64,000 bases of DNA from an uncultured Candidatus Saccharibacteria bacterium (lineage in GTDB: Bacteria; Patescibacteriota; Dojkabacteria; CAZCSM01), in NCBI GenBank assembly GCA_964501355.1, contig CAZCSM010000001.1, positions 10,873-74,872 of the forward strand, given 5' to 3'. Below are positions 56,811-64,000 of the stretch, piece by piece. The position numbers and the translations under genes were made by a program. Every line of letters starts with the position of its first letter. The first letter of the stretch is position 1. The notes under the pieces are model-generated. The model ran no database searches. It saw nothing but the letters and a program-made list of their open reading frames with translations, and was not told the DNA's origin.

Positions 56811-58818
56811 TTACTTTGTTTTTTAATTGATAATATTTAGCAATTGGCTTTTGTCCTTTAATTTGATCAACAATTCTTACTGTTTTAATTCCCTGAGCCT
56901 TAAAGTATCCCTCTTGGTTGGCTTTACTTATTACCTTCATCCTATTTGAAGGATTAGAAACAAACTGTTGTATTTTTTGAGGATTACCACCAGAGATAAC
57001 TTCATTCTTTGAATACCACTTTGTTAAATGATTCCAATGTTTACTGTTATCCATATCAAAAGTCCTACCTTGTTGTATTTCAACAGGTTTTGTCTGTACT
57101 ACTTCATTCAAATATTGCTGAGTATTTGGATTGGAAAATGATACTTGCGATAAGTCCATCATTTGATGAATTGTGGCTGGTTGTTCTATAAGAGGATTTG
57201 ATTCAAATACTTGGTTTGCCTGTTTAAAACCATTGGAAAGCATAGTACTATCTTTAACTGACAACTCTTGAACTTGATTAAGATTCGGCTCAACAGAAAA
57301 CAGTGAAGTTTTTCCTGCATTTTTTAGTACTCGTCCATCAAGAGGTTTCATACCAAGAGTTGAGAATGCTTTCTTTGCACTAGCCCCTGAAAGAGCTAAT
57401 GATTTAAAACTTCCACTGGTTTTCAAAACCGAAGAGCTTCCTTTAGCTGTAATTCCTGCGTCCAAAGCCTTTTTAGCAGTTCCACCGATAGGAAGTTTTG
57501 AAACTATTGCTTCTCCTAGTGCCTTTCCTGCCCATGATCTTACGGATGATGATTTTCCTCCTGACATTCCTGATACAATTCCTTCTTTTACCTTTCTAGC
57601 TTGTCCAACTGTAGCAGTAGTAACAATTCCTCCTGCTACAGAACCTCCGATACTCCATAAAATTCCAGAGAACCTATTAATTATTGCGGGGATAATGTTT
57701 AGAAATGCCAATGATCCAAGCCCTAAAATGACTTTTGGAACTGGCTCATTAACACTTGAAATAATCTCTACTGCAATTCCTATTCCAATAATGAAAATCG
57801 GTTGCACAAACAATGTTCTTAATGTTTCTTCCAAGTAAGACCTAAAAAATTGTTCTCCACCTGGAAGAAGTCCTATTACCAAAACGATTGGGAATAAAAT
57901 CATATGCAGAAGCAAGTGAAAAAACCTCATTATGAATTGAAATAGAAGTGTTACAAGCAGAAAGAAAAGCCCTATCCAAAGAATTATTTCTGCGAATATA
58001 TTTAAAGTTCCTTGAATGGTAAATTGTAGCTTTTCATCTACAATTTGGAGTCCTAAAGCCACAAGAAGGGATTCTGAAAGTGTTCCTGAACTTGAACCTG
58101 CAACAAGTCTTTGAAGCATAAATTTATCAAGAGCATTTGTAAGATCAATAAGGTTTGCAAATAAAAATCTCATCGCAACCATACCGATAACAAAAAGAAA
58201 TACTTTCTTTGCAACTTCTTTAAGAAGCATTATTCCTCTGTATGAACCCTCAAGAACTACATATGTTCCTGTTATTACAATAATTAGAGGAAGAAAAAGC
58301 CATGCTACACTTTGTGTTGCGTTATAAAATTTATCAACATGAATTGAAATATTATTTCCTCTTGCATCAACTATCTGTCCATCATTTCGTGCAATATTGG
58401 GTGTATAAGCGACATAATCATCAAATAACTCTAGACCTTGAAGTATTATCTCTGATATGGAATCAACTACAGACTCTTGAAAGCTTGAAAATGGATTAAG
58501 CATATCAATGGGATTTGGTATTGTTTGTCCCTGTCCTTCATCTTCAATATCTTCAATTCCTGTGTTATTAATTTCGTATTCAGGATTTATTTCCTGTTCA
58601 ATTTGCTGTGGGGTAAAATCAACACTTTTAGGTTTGTAAAAAATTGCAAATAGCGCCTGTACAAGTCCGATAAGAAGCATTAAAACAATTCCAATAATAA
58701 AAAGCTTCTGGATAACTTTCATTTTCTCCTTATCAGCCTTCTTAATCTTTACTTTTAAATCTAGAGCTTTTTCATGGAGAGGTTTGTAATATTTTATAAA
58801 GTTAAACATCCTATACAT
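56779..58818 (-). CDS. Polytopic membrane protein, VirB6/TrbL-like by topology and position
   Basis: There are at least 6 TM helices in the central region, and the C-terminal domain is long and hydrophilic. It sits between the pilin-like and VirB3-like genes. Confidence 0.4.
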   Translation of the reverse strand: MYRMFNFIKYYKPLHEKALDLKVKIKKADKEKMKVIQKLFIIGIVLMLLIGLVQALFAIFYKPKSVDFTPQQIEQEINPEYEINNTGIEDIEDEGQGQTIPNPIDMLNPFSSFQESVVDSISEIILQGLELFDDYVAYTPNIARNDGQIVDARGNNISIHVDKFYNATQSVAWLFLPLIIVITGTYVVLEGSYRGIMLLKEVAKKVFLFVIGMVAMRFLFANLIDLTNALDKFMLQRLVAGSSSGTLSESLLVALGLQIVDEKLQFTIQGTLNIFAEIILWIGLFFLLVTLLFQFIMRFFHLLLHMILFPIVLVIGLLPGGEQFFRSYLEETLRTLFVQPIFIIGIGIAVEIISSVNEPVPKVILGLGSLAFLNIIPAIINRFSGILWSIGGSVAGGIVTTATVGQARKVKEGIVSGMSGGKSSSVRSWAGKALGEAIVSKLPIGGTAKKALDAGITAKGSSSVLKTSGSFKSLALSGASAKKAFSTLGMKPLDGRVLKNAGKTSLFSVEPNLNQVQELSVKDSTMLSNGFKQANQVFESNPLIEQPATIHQMMDLSQVSFSNPNTQQYLNEVVQTKPVEIQQGRTFDMDNSKHWNHLTKWYSKNEVISGGNPQKIQQFVSNPSNRMKVISKANQEGYFKAQGIKTVRIVDQIKGQKPIAKYYQLKNKVNAGNSTAKTK

Positions 58819-59149
58819 TTGCTATGAATTTAATAGCTTCTAAAACAAAATCCGGTTTAAATAAGAAAATTGCAGCAATAATCAGAAGGAATATGTCTCT
58901 AACAATGACATTCCGGTTTTGACCTGATTCTGTGTTTTGGACAAATTCAATTCCATCTTTAATGATAAAAAGGATTAAAATTCCTGAACCAACTCTTGTT
59001 GCTACAGTAACAATCCTTTCGATAATTGTAGAAATTTCAGCACTTGGATCAGATTGTGCATATACACTTTGAAGTGCAATTAATGGATAAAGTAATAACG
59101 AGGTTATTACCAGTATTAGTTTCTTTGATTTTTTAATTAGTGTTTTCAT
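58811..59149 (-). CDS. VirB2/TrbC-like pilin-type small membrane protein
   Basis: It has a signal peptide (ITSLLLYPLIALQSVYA) plus two hydrophobic helices. The size of 112 aa and the position fit a pilin. Confidence 0.4.
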   Translation of the reverse strand: MKTLIKKSKKLILVITSLLLYPLIALQSVYAQSDPSAEISTIIERIVTVATRVGSGILILFIIKDGIEFVQNTESGQNRNVIVRDIFLLIIAAIFLFKPDFVLEAIKFIANV

Positions 59150-59173
59150 TTGAGAGTACTAAATTAAATTAAT

Positions 59174-59302
59174 TTATTTTGTGTCCTCATAATTAATGGG
59201 ATGATTTTGTTTTTTGTCTTTTTTCTCGTGATATGTTCCTCGAATAAAAAGGAATGCAACGTAAACGATAAAAATACTTATAAATACGAGCAGAGTTATC
59301 AT
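59174..59302 (-). CDS. Unannotated 42-aa single-TM peptide (MITLLVFISIFIVYVAFLFIRGTYHEKKDKKQNHPINYEDTK), translationally coupled to the adhesin gene (ATGA overlap)
   Basis: I translated it by hand. It is below the size threshold of the ORF track. It has a hydrophobic helix followed by a basic tail. Its start ATG overlaps the TGA stop of 59299..62538. Confidence 0.4.
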   Translation of the reverse strand: MITLLVFISIFIVYVAFLFIRGTYHEKKDKKQNHPINYEDTK

Positions 59303-62300
59303 TTCTTTTTCTTCCTTGTTTTAATAACTAAGATAATTGTTGAAGTACTGACAATAATTAGCCCAATACCAACAGCTATTGGTTTAAGTATCGACTCACC
59401 AGTTTGAGCAATTACTATGTCCCTATAAATTCCAGCACTAAGGAAATTTATACAACCGCTTGCAGTTAGGTATCTGATTCCGTTTTCTGTGTAGTCGATT
59501 ATTTCTCCGTTTTCAGTTGGAGGAAGCAGTACAAATTTAAATTCATTAGGAGTTGTAATATTGTCGTATCCTTCAGGTTTAAATACCTTTACCGAGATAA
59601 CTGTATGATAAGGAAGTCCTGTATATTCGTAATGTCCGTTTTGTTCTGTATAAATATCAATTGAATTTTCATCAAGATATTCTGATTCAGCCCATTTAAT
59701 GTTTATCTTTACATTAGAAATTCCCTGTTCTGATTCATCATACTGTCCGTTATTGTTTGAATCCTCCCAGATAAAGCCTCCCATACAACACGAACTGGCT
59801 ACTACTGTTATTACTTCGCTTTCTTTTTGTTCAGTAACGGGAGATGCAATTAATGCAACATTTCTAATTTCAGTATCACTCTGAGTTGGTATTTCAATCA
59901 CGACCATAAACGAGACAGAACCTTGCGAATCAGGATCAAGTGTCCCAAGTTCCCATATTATTTCACCAGTAACTTCATTAAAAGCACCTATAATATCAGA
60001 ATCAGTTTCGACAAAATCAACAAATTTTGTATGTTCTGGGACAGTATCTGTAATTATTGTTTCAGGAGCGTGTCCAGTACCAGTATTTCGGTAGTTAATC
60101 GTATAGATGATTGATTGTCCTGGAGCGACTACTTCTGGCAATTCCTGTTTTTTTTCAATTTCAAGAATTGGAGTTAATACTGGTAATTCATGATCTGCTT
60201 CAATAGGAGGATAAAAATCTGTCTCAAGCACCGCTATATTAATAAGGGTTATGTCTCCTTCTAAAAACTTCTGATCAAGTTGAGCATCAAATGATAATTC
60301 CTTACTATCACCCCAAATACTTCTTTCATCAGGCTGATATGAACCATTTAAGATATATTGAGGCTCGGTAGCACTCCAAATAATTCTTCTGGTGCTTGAT
60401 TCCCACGCACCTTCATCGGAAATATTAGATACTGTCATTCTTTCAGGCACAAAATCGTAAACCTCTGTATTGTAAGCATTACCTGTTCCATTATTTCTTA
60501 CACTGATAACCCAATGTACTGTTTGAGATGGCTCTGCATATTCAATTCCATCATCTTTTGTAATTTCAAGAACAGGGGAATGGATTGTTGTAATTGTGGA
60601 ATCGTTTATAGGTGGGACTTCCTGTGTTCTTACTTCCGCAATATTATTTATCAGAGAATTGTCATCAATGCCTGTATTAAACTGTACTGTAAACCTAACA
60701 GTACGATTTTCCTTTTGAGGTAAATCTCCAATATTCCAGACAATATCTCCAACAAGTTGACCGCTTGGATCAATGTTTGTCGTAAGAAGTCCTCCATCTC
60801 TAATATCAACTATGCTACCTTTTCTTATTATTTCAGAAACATTATCAACAATGACTACAGAGTGCGCATCCGCGTCACCGCTATTTGATATGTAAATCGA
60901 GTAGGTCGATAACCTTTCGGTATTGTCTGGATGCGCTCCCTGTATGTGATTTGAACTGCTGTCTACTTCATCGCTGTCTGTTACGGTTTTATCAATTTCC
61001 ATAATCACTTCAGCAGTAATATTTGTTTGTGCAGAATCATCAATTGGTGTGGTTTGGTCGCTATCAACAATCGCTGTATTAGGTGCTAAATAAGTGCCAT
61101 GAGCAATAGGAGAGATAGTTCTTGCTCTAACTGTAAAAGACCTTGTTTCGCTATGCTGTAGCTCTCCAATGTTCCATATAATTGTGTCTCCATTGTCATC
61201 TCCTCCATCAGTATCAGTAATTGAAATAAGTGATTGATCATAATCATCAGTAACTGTAACTCCTGTGGCTCTACCACCAGTATTACTTACTGTAATATTG
61301 TAAGTAATTTCTTCATCGGGTCTTGATTCGTTTGCTTCGACATTTGTTTCATCATTATCACTAATAGTCTTTTGAACAGAAAGAACAGGTGGTACATCAA
61401 GTCTTACTTGTCCTGAATTAAACCAATAAGGAATAAGCACAACATTTATGGGAGGTCTTTCAATTTGACCCCAAACAGGCTGATTAGCGTTCCAGTTAGG
61501 GGCTCCTAGATCATCCCTTGCTACAACTCCCGGTCTAACTGCTGAATTTCCTCCATCATAAATCGAAGGCATTGTTTCTGATTGAGATTCTTCATGCCAG
61601 TTGTTATCCCAGATAGTTGCAGGATCATTTATTATTGTGTTTGGGTAATTTGTTCCCCAATTTTCATCATATGTTAGTGTTACATTTTGTCCTGAATTTA
61701 TACAGAAAGTCTGATCATAAACTGCACCAGTTGGTAAAACATCTCTAAATCTGATATTGCACAAGTTATAGGCAGAAACATTTTTCACTACTGCTGTATA
61801 TCTAACAGTTAGATCTTGTCCGTTCCATATAGGAGATGCTGTAAAATTTTGAAGCTGAATTGGCTGAATTGTTTCAAATGAATAAAAAACATTTCCATAA
61901 GAAGAAACACGATCTGGAAAATATCCGATATATCCTGATGTAATGTACTTTCCGCTTCTTGCAGGAAAGCCATTCATATAAACAGTTCCATAGCTTCCGC
62001 CAGCACCAATTCTAGTTAAATCACCATCAGCAGGATTTGGTCTTGAAGTAAAGAAATGAAAAGCGTCTAAATTGACTCCATGATCAGCGTAACTATATGA
62101 CCATTCTCCTATTTCAACTCTCGTATTTGGTGGTACTGCAACTCTATCGGCAATATATGGATATTTATGTGCATCTGGGTATGTAATATCAGCAACTTGT
62201 GTGAAGTGGTGATTTTGAATATAACTTCCGCTTTCCCCACTTACATTTCCGTTATCCCAAGAAACTCCGTTTCCTCCAATATCGTTATATTGAACACCAA

Positions 62301-62538
62301 CAACTGTTGCAAATTTACAGCCTCCAACATCTCCATTAGGATAGAAAGGGTCTGCATGAACAGGAGTAACAAAAGCAAGATTAGTTATTCCTGATGAAAA
62401 TAGGACTAATATAAGCGTAAAGAAAGCCTTAAATAGCTTTCCTGTTCGTTTCACTTTAAGTATGTGCTTTGTTAAGAGCCTGTGCTTAAGAAAGCGTTTG
62501 ATTCGGCTCGAAAAGTTGGGAGTCATTGTAGACTGCAT
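59299..62538 (-). CDS. 1079-aa surface adhesin: DUF11 repeats + SdrD-B/CnaB-like domain + C-terminal sortase-type sorting signal (IAQTG-TM-KTRKKKK)
   Basis: It has a signal peptide. DUF11-like repeats are present. CCMGGFIWEDSNNNGQYDESEQGISNVKINI is an SD-repeat B/prealbumin-like fold. The C-terminus is VIAQTGESILKPIAVGIGLIIVSTSTIILVIKTRKKKK. Confidence 0.65.
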   Translation of the reverse strand: MQSTMTPNFSSRIKRFLKHRLLTKHILKVKRTGKLFKAFFTLILVLFSSGITNLAFVTPVHADPFYPNGDVGGCKFATVVGVQYNDIGGNGVSWDNGNVSGESGSYIQNHHFTQVADITYPDAHKYPYIADRVAVPPNTRVEIGEWSYSYADHGVNLDAFHFFTSRPNPADGDLTRIGAGGSYGTVYMNGFPARSGKYITSGYIGYFPDRVSSYGNVFYSFETIQPIQLQNFTASPIWNGQDLTVRYTAVVKNVSAYNLCNIRFRDVLPTGAVYDQTFCINSGQNVTLTYDENWGTNYPNTIINDPATIWDNNWHEESQSETMPSIYDGGNSAVRPGVVARDDLGAPNWNANQPVWGQIERPPINVVLIPYWFNSGQVRLDVPPVLSVQKTISDNDETNVEANESRPDEEITYNITVSNTGGRATGVTVTDDYDQSLISITDTDGGDDNGDTIIWNIGELQHSETRSFTVRARTISPIAHGTYLAPNTAIVDSDQTTPIDDSAQTNITAEVIMEIDKTVTDSDEVDSSSNHIQGAHPDNTERLSTYSIYISNSGDADAHSVVIVDNVSEIIRKGSIVDIRDGGLLTTNIDPSGQLVGDIVWNIGDLPQKENRTVRFTVQFNTGIDDNSLINNIAEVRTQEVPPINDSTITTIHSPVLEITKDDGIEYAEPSQTVHWVISVRNNGTGNAYNTEVYDFVPERMTVSNISDEGAWESSTRRIIWSATEPQYILNGSYQPDERSIWGDSKELSFDAQLDQKFLEGDITLINIAVLETDFYPPIEADHELPVLTPILEIEKKQELPEVVAPGQSIIYTINYRNTGTGHAPETIITDTVPEHTKFVDFVETDSDIIGAFNEVTGEIIWELGTLDPDSQGSVSFMVVIEIPTQSDTEIRNVALIASPVTEQKESEVITVVASSCCMGGFIWEDSNNNGQYDESEQGISNVKINIKWAESEYLDENSIDIYTEQNGHYEYTGLPYHTVISVKVFKPEGYDNITTPNEFKFVLLPPTENGEIIDYTENGIRYLTASGCINFLSAGIYRDIVIAQTGESILKPIAVGIGLIIVSTSTIILVIKTRKKKK

Positions 62539-62869
62539 TTTTGAGATATTTAATATTTAATTTAACTATGAGTGTTCCTTCTAGCTTAGTTTTAATAAGC
62601 AGAAGTTTTCGTTTATTTACTCCTCTGATAGCCTGTACAAGTTGTTTTTCAGTCAATCCGACTCCCTTTATTTGATAAATTCGTTTTCCAGTTTCATCAA
62701 AATAATCATGACCATTTATAAGTTCATCCTTAAAGACAAAACACCAATGTTCAGGGCAAAATCCTAAGTAGGTAATTAGATAGAAAGTTAATCGTGCTTC
62801 AAGTTCAGAAGCATCTTTAAGCATATGAAAGCAAAATTGTATCAATGCTGTTTCTGTGTCTTTTCTCAT
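62486..62869 (-). CDS. Hypothetical protein (127 aa)
   Basis: This intact ORF lies inside the conjugation operon. I recognised no motif. Confidence 0.35.
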   Translation of the reverse strand: MRKDTETALIQFCFHMLKDASELEARLTFYLITYLGFCPEHWCFVFKDELINGHDYFDETGKRIYQIKGVGLTEKQLVQAIRGVNKRKLLLIKTKLEGTLIVKLNIKYLKNAVYNDSQLFEPNQTLS

Positions 62870-63267
62870 TTAAAATAAATAACAACTGAATTAGATATAT
62901 TAAAAACTGGATTACTATCCTCTTTATGAATTTCTACTTGAGGAACATTCAGTCCATGCTTTTTACAAGCCATCCGAAGGCTTTCCACTCTTTCTTTTAG
63001 TTTTTCCTTACGGTGCATAAGATTTTTAACAGCTTCCAAATAGTCTTCAAAACTTGCAATCATATAAAAGCCATAAGGACCTTTTGTTGTTGAACCAATT
63101 GGGTAACTCCCTTCATTAACTAAATATTGAACAACTCTTCGAATTTCCCTGTCATTTAATGGAATAGACTCCATTAATTGATCAACTTGAATTGGATTAG
63201 TCTTACTGATATGTTTTCTTATCAGTTCTAGTATTTTGTTTTGGTATTTTTTTTCCTTTTCGTTCAT
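62866..63267 (-). CDS. Hypothetical protein (133 aa from internal Met MNEKEKK; track ORF extends to 63318)
   Basis: It is an intact ORF. Starting at the internal Met makes a 4-bp overlap with the upstream ORF. Confidence 0.35.
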   Translation of the reverse strand: MNEKEKKYQNKILELIRKHISKTNPIQVDQLMESIPLNDREIRRVVQYLVNEGSYPIGSTTKGPYGFYMIASFEDYLEAVKNLMHRKEKLKERVESLRMACKKHGLNVPQVEIHKEDSNPVFNISNSVVIYFK

Positions 63268-63464
63268 ATTTGATACATTGGTTTTAAACCTTGTCGCTTT
63301 GCGTATGCGTTCTGGCATACTTTTGCAAAGTTAGTAATATTTTTTGCCATGATTTCAACTCTTTCATCAGTAAGCTTTTCGTTATATCTTGGTTCAAAAA
63401 TCTTTCTTACTTGTTTTAAGAACTCTTTTCTATCCTGTATTTTCTGCTTTTCTTTCTTTGTCAT
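63264..63464 (-). CDS. Small hypothetical protein (66 aa)
   Basis: It is an intact ORF with a 4-bp overlap with the XRE gene upstream. Confidence 0.3.
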   Translation of the reverse strand: MTKKEKQKIQDRKEFLKQVRKIFEPRYNEKLTDERVEIMAKNITNFAKVCQNAYAKRQGLKPMYQI

Positions 63465-63673
63465 TTGATCTTTGGTGGTTTATAAATGAAAACTTTGTTT
63501 AATTTCTCCTTAACTGCTATTGCAATACGATAGGCTGTATCAAGATTTGGGGTACATATACCTTTCTCTATTTTTAAATAACCCATTAAAGACAAGCCTG
63601 CCTTATGAGCGACGTATTCCTGAGACAGATTTTTGTTTGTCCTGATTGTTTTTAGGTTATTCTTAACAGCCAT
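63461..63673 (-). CDS. XRE-family HTH regulator (Cro/CI-like) heading the conjugation operon
   Basis: LSQEYVAHKAGLSLMGYLKIEKGICTPNLDTAYRIAIAV is the HTH_3 pattern. Confidence 0.65.
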   Translation of the reverse strand: MAVKNNLKTIRTNKNLSQEYVAHKAGLSLMGYLKIEKGICTPNLDTAYRIAIAVKEKLNKVFIYKPPKIK

Positions 63674-63830
63674 AATTCAATATATAGGAAACTGTATATT
63701 CTATTATTTAGTATCATATATATTTCAAAAATTATGGTCAAGGAAAAAGTTTTCAGAGAGGTGCCGCGAGGGCATCGAAAGCTAACTAGGATCGACTAAA
63801 ACCCAATTTGTTAAAATGGGTAATATAAAC

Positions 63831-63859
63831 TTGACTTTATATACTAAAGTGTATATTAT
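63831..63859 (+). promoter_or_regulatory. Sigma70-like promoter (TTGACT-17 bp-TATTAT) for the divergent XRE gene
   Basis: The -35 hexamer is at 63831..63836 and the -10 hexamer is at 63854..63859, with a 17-bp spacer. The ATG is at 63872. Confidence 0.5.
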
Positions 63860-63871
63860 TATGTGTATTAT

Positions 63872-64000
63872 ATGGAAAACAAAATGATCCACTCGCTTGG
63901 AAAACTTCTTAAACAAATACGAATCGATAAAGGTCTTACCCAAATGGATGTTAGTAAAAAGATGGGTTTTTCCAGTAATGGATATATTGCTACTATCGAA
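63872..64000 (+). CDS. XRE-family HTH regulator, 5' partial view (runs off window end)
   Basis: MENKMIHSLGKLLKQIRIDKGLTQMDVSKKMGFSSNGYIATIE is the HTH_3 pattern. It is divergent from 63461..63673. Confidence 0.55.
   Translation, partial: MENKMIHSLGKLLKQIRIDKGLTQMDVSKKMGFSSNGYIATIE

Noticed and set aside
1-64000. CRISPR arrays, rRNA genes
   Set aside because: I found no regularly spaced short direct repeats with unique spacers. I also found no long GC-balanced non-coding stretch resembling 16S/23S/5S, and all large regions are occupied by ORFs with protein motifs.

Overview
This is a low-GC, densely coding bacterial window with Gram-positive/CPR-like features: sortase-type sorting signals, a Gram-positive-style conjugation module and a TrmB regulator. 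I found no rRNA, tRNA or CRISPR. All Pfam/domain assignments below are from memory, not from a search.

First half, about 1 to 33 kb, looks chromosomal. (a) Two giant minus-strand surface proteins. One is a DUF2341/LamG protein that the ORF track missed because it has a non-ATG start and runs off the left edge. The other is a 1201-aa Gly-rich fibre-like protein with a phage-type peptidase S74 intramolecular-chaperone domain. A small DUF559 endonuclease gene flanked by direct repeats lies between them. (b) SanA/DUF218, an OmpR-type RR plus HAMP histidine kinase, a Bac_transf sugar transferase and an MBL hydrolase. (c) A TrmB regulator, then a tandem pair of OmpR-type RRs. The first of the pair lacks the phospho-acceptor Asp (D to N). 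(d) A VWA/DUF11 surface protein with a sortase-like sorting signal. (e) An operon ComF -> PAS histidine kinase -> two CheY-only receivers -> membrane Kelch-propeller protein. (f) An SDR, three tandem GT2 paralogs, a TadA-like deaminase, FemAB-like, an HD hydrolase, and an orphan HExxH protein.

A structured intergenic element of about 235 bp, with terminal 11-bp inverted repeats, occurs twice at about 99 percent core identity (9421-9655 and 12701-12937). There is also a degenerate relative (16861-16965) and a fragment (about 13095-13125). Each copy sits just 3' of a + strand gene.

Second half, about 33 to 64 kb, looks like an accessory/mobile island. One co-directional minus-strand array runs cupin - SET-domain - MBL - SDR - YecM-like - PD-(D/E)xK-like - unknown - hsdS - [embedded TM protein] - hsdM - hsdR - XRE. 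Two things stand out in this array. An uncharacterised two-gene module is translationally coupled to hsdS. A small membrane protein is inserted between hsdM and hsdS, in the position where the anticodon nuclease PrrC sits in known Type I RM loci. These are candidate undescribed RM-linked defence modules. After the array come DUF2958, a GDSL esterase, an alpha/beta hydrolase and a sortase. Then a 16-kb Gram-positive-type conjugation operon follows. Its genes are a Replic_Relax protein, VirD4-like, an HTH_36 Rep-like protein, an M23 peptidase, VirB4-like, VirB3/6/2-like proteins, a newly called 42-aa TM peptide, a 1079-aa DUF11/CnaB adhesin with an xxTG sorting signal, and divergent XRE regulators. 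A 13-bp perfect inverted repeat between the coupling-protein and relaxation-protein genes is a candidate oriT. Plus-strand ORFs lying inside the large minus-strand genes are shadow ORFs.
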